Positions 57,017 through 64,000 of a stretch of DNA of 64,000 nt are shown here, piece by piece. This DNA is from a virus. Numbering within the stretch: the stretch's first letter is position 1; every line of letters begins with the position of its first letter. The stretch covers positions 3,388 through 67,387 of IMG/VR virus record IMGVR_UViG_3300032676_000934; one strand, 5' to 3'. The position numbers were made by a program, and so were the translations under genes. The notes below the pieces were generated by a model. The model had not been told where the DNA came from, did not search any database, and was given only the letters and a program-made list of their open reading frames with translations.

Positions 57017-57504
57017 CGGCCAGCAGCCTCACCCATGAACGTCGCGCAGTGGCCGATCCAGTCGGTGCGGAACATGTCCTGCGCCTGCTGGACGGTGATC
57101 TTGCCGGCGCAGAGCGCCCGACCAGCCGCAGCTTCACAGCGATCTTTGACGTGGTAGTTGTTCGGCCCGTCGCCGCGCATCGGCCAGAGGTTCTTGATTG
57201 AGCCCGGCGGGTTGCCGCCGCCGGCCGTCAAAGGGATGAGGTGGTCAATCTCCGTGTCGCAGCCCCTGCCGGCGGCACACCAACCATCGCGCGGCGGGAG
57301 GATCCCGTAGGCGCGCCGCGCCGCGATCTTCTCCGTCACCGTAACATGCCGGAACTCGCGGGTGCTGTGGCCGCAGATCTCGTGAATGTCGGTCGTCCTC
57401 ACCGCCCCCGGCGTGAGCACCGGATCGGGCTCGGTGCCGTCGCTGGCGGCCATAGCGGGGGAGTAGACGCAGGCGAACGCCAGCGCCGCAAAAAGGCGGT
57501 GCAT
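57013..57504 (-). CDS. Secreted HNH-like protein
   Basis: Signal peptide; PDP.LTPGAV, EIDHLIPL..GG, NLWP; multiple Cys. Confidence 0.7.
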   Translation of the reverse strand: MHRLFAALAFACVYSPAMAASDGTEPDPVLTPGAVRTTDIHEICGHSTREFRHVTVTEKIAARRAYGILPPRDGWCAAGRGCDTEIDHLIPLTAGGGNPPGSIKNLWPMRGDGPNNYHVKDRCEAAAGRALCAGKITVQQAQDMFRTDWIGHCATFMGEAAGR

Positions 57505-57545
57505 GTGAGGTCCTGATGCTTGAGAAGCGCGGCGGCCGGGCGGCT

Positions 57546-57874
57546 CTACCGATGCGCAGTCACGCGCCAGTTCACCGTCTGAGACAGTGAGATCAGCGCC
57601 GACGACGTGAAGCCTATGGCGACCGTGTTGGTGGCGCTCACGAACGAGAAGGCAATGTTGATGCCGTTCGGAAGGGCTGCGGTCGGCTGAACGGTGATGT
57701 CCTCACCGGCTGCGAGGCTATCTCCCGTGACGGCGGTCCCGGCGGACCGGGGATGCTTACGGAAGCCACGACGGGCCGCACACCAGCATTCACCGTCACA
57801 CTGGCGCGCGAAGGCGCAGGCACCTGAATGACAGGCACGCTAAAGGGCGCGCTGGTGGAGGGGTATTGGGCCAT
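57546..57874 (-). pseudogene. Frameshifted small beta-rich structural gene
   Basis: Frame 0 MAQYPST...SIP continues in the -1 frame as GTAVTGDSLAAGEDITVQP...WRVTAHR*; span is 329 bp. Confidence 0.55.
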
Positions 57875-57970
57875 GGGCGGCCTCAGCGGTGTCGAGAAGG
57901 TGGGGCGGCCGATCAGACGCCCGGTGTCAGATCACCCGCTCCCGGCTTGGTGTGCGGGGAGCGGGTGGGG

Positions 57971-59776
57971 TCATGTGTCGATGGCAACGATCGTATAAGT
58001 GATGTTCAGCACCCAATACATCGTCGTGGCGGCTACGCCTGTAATCTGCACACGGATGACGTTACTGGCGGTGTCCGCAATGATGTTGATGCCGGGCGTT
58101 GCTCCAAAATCATTCTGGGGCGCGCCAAACTCTGTCGTACCGACCTGCGTGACGGCGCCGCCGTTTGGCCGGCGAAATGTCGCACGCGCAGACTGTCCAA
58201 ATGCATTGGCGCCCAAACCGTTGGCTACAGCGGACACCTCAACGCGAGTTGAGCGTGAATTGCCGATTGTAATTGTGTAAACGTTACTAGTGTTTCCGTT
58301 GGTCGATTTGAGCGACGCTTGCGCTTCTACTTTCTCCGCGCCGGTAAACCCGGTCGCGAGGCCCTGCAAGCGCCGGATCTGCTGATCCGAGATGTAGCTG
58401 CGAGCGCTTAGTACGCTCGGCGTCGAAGTGTTGCCGGCATAGACGTTGTTGAGAAAAGCGTTGCTGGTTTGGTTCGCGTCCAATTCGCGCATCGGCGTGT
58501 AGACGCCGGAGAAGGTGTTGTCCTGAACGATATTGCCAGAACTGTTGTAGGTCATACCGTTGAAGGTGCGCGCTTGGACTACGACGCCGTATTGCGTGCT
58601 CGGGCTGACGTAGACAGCGGGATCGATGAACAGGCGGTTGTTCTTGACCAGCGCTCCGGATGTGCCTTCAAGCGAGATAAAGTTTCCCTGCAAATTGTAA
58701 CCGGTATTACCGCTAATTTGGTCGAGCTGGGAAATTCTCGATGTGATTGCGGTGCCTGTGAGCCCTTCAAATCGATTATTCAGGAAAAGATTTCGGACCC
58801 CAGGCAGGTTAGAGGTATCGGCCTCGCCGGAGAAAAACCCGTTCTGCCCGCCGATGATTACATTGTCATGCCATGATACGCTTTGGTAAAGTCGCTTAGT
58901 TCCGCCCGCATTGGCGCAATTTATGAACGTGTTGCTATAGACTTCTCCGCGCCCGTTCGTTGTATCTCCATTTCCGAGACCGCTGATATATACTCCTTCG
59001 TCAGAGAAGCCCTCAAAGATATTATGATGGATCTTTACGGCGTCGCATGCGCCAAAGACTCCGCTATCTCCGCCAGCCGTCACATAGGAAGCGCCGGCAT
59101 ACAGGCGCAGATGATCTACTTCGCAGTTGGAGCCGCCTGAGAAGTAGATGGCGTCATTGGCCTGCCCCGCCTGACTGTTCGGAGCGGCTGACACGTCGAT
59201 CAAGCTCGCGCGCCCGGATCCAGTCAGGCGCACACGGGTGCAGTTATTGAATTGGAGGCACTTGCTCGCCAGCGTGGGAGCTTGTTTTACGGTCGCTCCC
59301 GCCAGCAGCTCGATTATAAGGTCGGATAGCGCCGATGCTCCGACCGTCGTGCCGATCAGGTACACTCCTGCCGGGATCAGAACGTGTCGATTTGAGGACA
59401 GCGCTTTCTTGAAGGCAGGGCCGTCATCCGTGATACCGTCGCCCGTCGCGCCGAAATCCTTGACGCTCACTTTGTCAGCGGCTCGGTCAGCATGCGTACG
59501 GGCCGCCGTCCCGCCAGCCGCCGTTACGCTCAGCGCCGACGCGTCGCCGGTGGTGTTGCCGGTGCCGCCCTGCGCCACAGACAGCGCGGTGGTGAGTCCG
59601 GTGAGGCTGGTGATGTCGGAGTTGGCACCGTTGGCGGCGGCGCCAAGGTTCGTGCGAGCAGCGGGGGCGTTACCCGCCCCTGTACCGCCGAACGCGACAT
59701 CCACGAACTCGCCAGCCTGCGTATTGCGCTGGTTGCCGGTGGTCGTGTCGCGCGTGATCGGTGTGACGACGCCCAT
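57971..59776 (-). CDS. Tail spike/fibre with beta-helix depolymerase domain
   Basis: VSVKDFGATGDGITDD..AF..AL, IPAGVY, N-x-F ladder repeats. Confidence 0.8.
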   Translation of the reverse strand: MGVVTPITRDTTTGNQRNTQAGEFVDVAFGGTGAGNAPAARTNLGAAANGANSDITSLTGLTTALSVAQGGTGNTTGDASALSVTAAGGTAARTHADRAADKVSVKDFGATGDGITDDGPAFKKALSSNRHVLIPAGVYLIGTTVGASALSDLIIELLAGATVKQAPTLASKCLQFNNCTRVRLTGSGRASLIDVSAAPNSQAGQANDAIYFSGGSNCEVDHLRLYAGASYVTAGGDSGVFGACDAVKIHHNIFEGFSDEGVYISGLGNGDTTNGRGEVYSNTFINCANAGGTKRLYQSVSWHDNVIIGGQNGFFSGEADTSNLPGVRNLFLNNRFEGLTGTAITSRISQLDQISGNTGYNLQGNFISLEGTSGALVKNNRLFIDPAVYVSPSTQYGVVVQARTFNGMTYNSSGNIVQDNTFSGVYTPMRELDANQTSNAFLNNVYAGNTSTPSVLSARSYISDQQIRRLQGLATGFTGAEKVEAQASLKSTNGNTSNVYTITIGNSRSTRVEVSAVANGLGANAFGQSARATFRRPNGGAVTQVGTTEFGAPQNDFGATPGINIIADTASNVIRVQITGVAATTMYWVLNITYTIVAIDT

Positions 59777-59792
59777 AAATTCCGCCCTCAGC

Positions 59793-60287
59793 TCAGTTCA
59801 GGAAAGGAGCCTGCGGCGCCACACCAAGATCAGTCGCGGACAGCGCCGTGCCGAGCTTGGTGATGACGGTGGATCCTGCCGTAGTCGGAGGGGTCGCCGT
59901 GAGGTTTCCAGCCGTGGTCGCGGATAGGAAATAGTCCTGTCCAGGCGTGAGGCCGCCAGTCGTGCCGGCGATGGCATCCCATTGTGCGGTGGTCAGGCTC
60001 AGGATGCCGTTGAACAGGAAGTTGCCGGTTCCGTTGGCCGGGATTGAAGGGTCCAACACCAAGGCAAGCGCTTTGCCTGCCGCGACCGAAGTGGCGATAG
60101 CGCGAACGTGCTTGCTGGAACTGTTGATGATGACCGGCATGCCAGCGGTCATGGCCGCCGAAGCCTCGCCGCTCGTGCCCTGCCGAACGTCGGCGAGAGC
60201 TGCGAACACGGTCATGGTCTCACCCGCTTGAATGTTGCGGACGAGGCCGGTGGTCGCGTCACGCACGACGGGAACGACAACGGGCAT
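59793..60287 (-). CDS. Fibre/adaptor structural protein
   Basis: GLTPGQDYFLS..G...G.A.SAT motif; shares segments with both neighbours. Confidence 0.6.
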   Translation of the reverse strand: MPVVVPVVRDATTGLVRNIQAGETMTVFAALADVRQGTSGEASAAMTAGMPVIINSSSKHVRAIATSVAAGKALALVLDPSIPANGTGNFLFNGILSLTTAQWDAIAGTTGGLTPGQDYFLSATTAGNLTATPPTTAGSTVITKLGTALSATDLGVAPQAPFLN

Positions 60288-60294
60288 GGCTACC

Positions 60295-61350
60295 TCAGTT
60301 TAAGAAGGGCGGGGAGATATCGAGGATGAGCGTCGTGGCGTTGACCGCACGGCCGACCTTGACGGTGCAGTGGCCCGTCGTGACATCCGGGAGAAGCGAC
60401 AGCGTGCCGTTGAGCGCGAGGAAGTAGTCGCGGCCGATGGCGAGCTGCGCCGTGCCGACGACAGCGGTCCAATCGGGCAGCGCCAAGGTTTCGCGCTGGA
60501 TTGATACCGGATAGCCTGAGGCGACCGCACTTGTGGCGAGCCCCTCGACGTAGGCAGAGGACAGGCCCACCGAAGATGCTGGCTGCGCCCCAGGGGGCAC
60601 GGCGAGGACGACGACGGGCTGTCCCGCGGCAATAGCTGCCGACGCGATCACGGTAGCGGCGACGCTGATCTGGACAGTCGTCTGCTTAGGCGATCCCGTC
60701 GCCCCGGCGAGCGTTTCAGTCAGGGTGACTGTCGGCGTACCCGCGTTCATGAACCGGCCGGAGATCGTGGAGCCGGTGACGCTGAGCGTCATGCCGTCGT
60801 TTGACGTAGCGGTGATGGTCGAGCCGGCGGTCTTGCCGATGATCGTCGCCGAGAAAAGCGCGCCCGCGTCTGCGGAGATCGAGGACAGGAGCAGCGCAGA
60901 AAGCACCGGGCTCGGCGGGGCATAACGGCCGGTGGGGGCGCCCGTCGTCGGCTTGACGAGCAACCGCAGGCTGGTCAAAGCGACCGGCTCACCGCCTGCG
61001 ACTTGCCGATAGACATCGCCTTCGACGACAGCGGCGAGCGATAACGCCAACCCCAGTCGGGGGGCCTTCCATGTCCGGGCCTCTGGATAAGCTGAGAACG
61101 TCGCTTGGCCGCCAGTGCCGGGTGCGATGACGAGGGAGCCATCACTCGCGGCGCTGTCACAAGTCTGGATGGCGATCTGCCCGGCAGGTCCCTGTATGGC
61201 GAAGGTCACGAACAGGCGGGACCCAGTCAGGTCGATCGGGTTGTTCGTGCCGGGGTCGTTGAACGTCACCGTAAAGACCCAAGCCTCTGCGTCGAGGAAA
61301 GCACCGGGGCCTACCGCAGTGACGCGCGGGTCGGTCGTGGCCACAGGCAT
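60295..61350 (-). CDS. Multi-domain fibre adaptor (BppU-like N-terminus)
   Basis: PIDLTG motif, Ig-like middle, C-terminal domain similar to 59793..60287. Confidence 0.55.
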   Translation of the reverse strand: MPVATTDPRVTAVGPGAFLDAEAWVFTVTFNDPGTNNPIDLTGSRLFVTFAIQGPAGQIAIQTCDSAASDGSLVIAPGTGGQATFSAYPEARTWKAPRLGLALSLAAVVEGDVYRQVAGGEPVALTSLRLLVKPTTGAPTGRYAPPSPVLSALLLSSISADAGALFSATIIGKTAGSTITATSNDGMTLSVTGSTISGRFMNAGTPTVTLTETLAGATGSPKQTTVQISVAATVIASAAIAAGQPVVVLAVPPGAQPASSVGLSSAYVEGLATSAVASGYPVSIQRETLALPDWTAVVGTAQLAIGRDYFLALNGTLSLLPDVTTGHCTVKVGRAVNATTLILDISPPFLN

Positions 61351-61449
61351 GCGTCAGCTCCCGGCGTGCAGGATGAGAGAGGAAGGCGTTGAGGGGGTGG
61401 TTCAGCGTGGGCTCAGCGCGTCGGGGCTGCTGGCGGTGATGGCCATGGG

Positions 61450-64000
61450 CTACTGGACCTGCATGGAGCCGTTAAACTGGAGGTACTGCCCCGATGCCGT
61501 GCCCAATGACCCGCCCGGAAACGGCTGAATAGTCATGGTGTTGGTGGTGTTTCCGAACACAAACTGCGGCACGTTCAGGTCCGCGTTGTATCCGGTAAGC
61601 GTCATGCCACCGGATGTGATCAGCCCGCTAGGCAGGGTAAACCGTACGGCGTAGGGCGCCCCAGTGTAGCTTACCTGGACGTAGCCCCAGATGAGCAATG
61701 TTTTGCCGTCGAGCTTGTACTTAGCACCCCCAGCCAACGTGACGCCCGAGCCGTCCACGGCCGTGAAGGTCGGGGTGTAGGAAGTCAGGTCGTTGTACTG
61801 AGAAGCCGGCGCGAGGCTGATTTGCTGGTTCACATTGCCGACGGCGCGATAGCTCGACGGCGGTCCGAGACTGACGTCCGCGATGTTCGGATCCGCGGGA
61901 ATAGAGACACCGACTGACTGAGAAGGGATCCCCTGGACCCCGCACTGCACGAGTTGAGCCGAGGCCCCCGTGAGCGCAGCGCCGGCCTGCGTGTCCATCT
62001 GAAGGTGCGTGTCGTCGATGACGCCGCCGACCTTCAGATACTGGCCACCCGCGAGAAGATAGGCTGGTCCGGTGATCGCGCTCGTGAACGAGGTCGCGGA
62101 CCCAGTGAGCAGGTTGGTGTTGGCGGACATGGTGATCGTGCCCGCGAGGGACGCTCGGCAGGCCGCATCGTTGAACGTCATCGCACCGGCGGTCCGCACG
62201 GTCACCCGATCATCGGTCAAGTCCGTGATCCGCACCGTGTTGTCGCCCGGCGATCCGGCGCCGATGACCTTGATCTGCTGACCGATGTGCAACTGGGCGC
62301 TGTTCGAGGCGATCAGCTCAAACGCGTTCCCGACACTCGCCCCAGGGACGAACGACAGCTTCGCCGCGATAGGCTCGGCTTGGTCGTCGACGGAAGACCA
62401 TCCGTTAAAGAAAAGGCGCTTCTTGTCCCCGCCAAAACCAGCCGTAGCGACGATGCCTTCGGCGTGGTTGGTCACCGCGACGCTCTGACCATTGTTCCGG
62501 ACATCGAGGCCGGACCACCGGACATCCACGCCGTCGGCAACCAGGATGCCGGCTCCGCCATTGTATGCGGAGGTGATCCCTGCCATCTGGATATCGCGGA
62601 CCGGGAATTTTGCCCCGCTGGGGTAGCTGTCGGACCGCGCGTTGGCCCAGAACTGAATGCCCGCATCCTCGTTGCCGACCGCGCGCAGATTGGAGGCGCT
62701 GAAGCCACCGCTATACGCCGTGAAGCCGACGTTGGAGCGCGTCGCCACCACATTGCCGATCGAGACGTCCGCCGACGGCTCTGCATTGTAGTGGTCGAAG
62801 GCCGAGGACAGCCCCGGGTTCTCTCTGAGCTGGCCAGAGGGCTGGATCCACAATGCAGTGGCGCTGGACGCTCCGCTGACTGAAGCGGTGTTGTACTGGC
62901 CGTCGAGGACCGCACCGTTCAGGCTAAACCGCCTCGCTCCCTTGAGCGATGCGCCCCAGTAGAACCCCTTGATCGTGATGTCGGATGCTGAGACGTCGAT
63001 GCAGTTCTCGCATGAGAAGCCCCAGCCAGCGGGGGTGGCCCGACCGTCAGAGAAGTCATTGCCACTCGCGGCGAGGCCACGAACCGTGCTCCCATTCAGG
63101 CGAATGCCCATAAAGGCGCCGCCGTAGGGATCGCCGATGCGCTGGCCGGGCGCCGCCGAGGTGCCATCGCGGGCCAGCAGCGTGTAACCGTTCAGCGCGA
63201 CATTGTAGATGTGGCTATTCTTGAGATCCGAGAAAATGTTGGCGTAGGAAAACCACGGGATGGCCGTGCCATCGACTACATTCCCGATGTTGGTTTCCGT
63301 GATGTCGCCGATGACTGCGCCGTCAATGACCTGGAAATTTGTTGCCGCGCTGGTATCGAGGATCTTGACGTTGGTCACGCGACCGCGGCGGCCGGCGGCG
63401 TAGGAGACGCCGAAGCTCATGCAGTTGCGGGCCGTGATGCCCTCGATCCGCACATCGTCAGCGGCTTCTGCGACGACGCAGTCCCACTCGGACGACATCA
63501 CATAGAGGCCATTCGACTGCTGCGACTTCGGCAGGGCCAGGTAGCTCGAGACGAGCGCCGCTCGGTTGCCGTCGATGGTGCCTGAGCCGGTCAGTGTTGA
63601 TCCGGACGCGGCCCCCTTGAAGTGAATGACGCCTCGCATCTGAACGCCGGCCGCGAAGCCGCCGATCTGCTTGATGGTGGCGCCGGCATCAAGCACGACG
63701 TTGACAGCGCAGGTCTGCGCAACGATCTCGCTGGCCACGCCATATGTGCCGGCCGGGAACTCGATAGTCGGCGCCGGCAGTCCGGGCATGCAGGAATTGA
63801 GCACCGCGTTGATCGTCGGTGCCAGGTCCATTGTGGCAGCGCCCGATCGCGCGTCGGCCACCTGTGCCGGCGTGAGGCGCGTCAGCACCGATTTGATGAT
63901 GCCCCCGCCGAGTGGGGAGCCTCCGACGCTCAGGCCCGATGCATCGCACACCGAGCCCGGCGCGCAGTTTAGCGGACCGTGCGCGGTGAGCTGATCGACG
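61450..64000 (-). CDS. Large tail spike with beta-helix domain (5' end outside window)
   Basis: IEFPAGTY, GTIDGN and parallel beta-helix repeats; frame stays open to the window edge. Confidence 0.75.
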   Translation of the reverse strand, partial: VDQLTAHGPLNCAPGSVCDASGLSVGGSPLGGGIIKSVLTRLTPAQVADARSGAATMDLAPTINAVLNSCMPGLPAPTIEFPAGTYGVASEIVAQTCAVNVVLDAGATIKQIGGFAAGVQMRGVIHFKGAASGSTLTGSGTIDGNRAALVSSYLALPKSQQSNGLYVMSSEWDCVVAEAADDVRIEGITARNCMSFGVSYAAGRRGRVTNVKILDTSAATNFQVIDGAVIGDITETNIGNVVDGTAIPWFSYANIFSDLKNSHIYNVALNGYTLLARDGTSAAPGQRIGDPYGGAFMGIRLNGSTVRGLAASGNDFSDGRATPAGWGFSCENCIDVSASDITIKGFYWGASLKGARRFSLNGAVLDGQYNTASVSGASSATALWIQPSGQLRENPGLSSAFDHYNAEPSADVSIGNVVATRSNVGFTAYSGGFSASNLRAVGNEDAGIQFWANARSDSYPSGAKFPVRDIQMAGITSAYNGGAGILVADGVDVRWSGLDVRNNGQSVAVTNHAEGIVATAGFGGDKKRLFFNGWSSVDDQAEPIAAKLSFVPGASVGNAFELIASNSAQLHIGQQIKVIGAGSPGDNTVRITDLTDDRVTVRTAGAMTFNDAACRASLAGTITMSANTNLLTGSATSFTSAITGPAYLLAGGQYLKVGGVIDDTHLQMDTQAGAALTGASAQLVQCGVQGIPSQSVGVSIPADPNIADVSLGPPSSYRAVGNVNQQISLAPASQYNDLTSYTPTFTAVDGSGVTLAGGAKYKLDGKTLLIWGYVQVSYTGAPYAVRFTLPSGLITSGGMTLTGYNADLNVPQFVFGNTTNTMTIQPFPGGSLGTASGQYLQFNGSMQVQ

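Noticed and set aside
57971-64000. DGR or invertase-driven tail-fibre variation
   Set aside because: No reverse transcriptase, template/variable repeat pair or invertase seen in the window.

Overview
The window is almost entirely one GC-rich temperate-type tailed phage of an alphaproteobacterium (Methylobacterium-like by gene content; inferred). It reads as circularly permuted: baseplate genes run off the left edge and tail-spike genes enter from the right edge on the same strand. Layout: contractile-tail, neck, head and packaging genes (1-22.5 kb, minus); a late-operon leader with a Tad1-family signal sponge and a NusG-like antiterminator (22.5-25.6 kb); replication/early-right genes with iterons inside the initiator gene (25.6-32.7 kb); a cI/cro switch with 19-bp operators (32.5-33.5 kb); a long early-left accessory arm with ERF, NinB, HNH nucleases, an integrase remnant, an arc/mnt/antirepressor unit and repeat-bounded mini-cassettes (33.5-53.6 kb); lysis and tail-spike genes (53.7-64 kb, minus). 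The most striking element is an IS1111-type (IS110 family) recombinase unit at 47449-49997. Its downstream non-coding RNA carries guide segments matching element ends about 2.5 kb apart, so it encloses three phage-like cargo genes. It sits in frame inside a phage gene, and its right end supplies a replacement start codon. All calls come from reading motifs by eye; no database searches were run.
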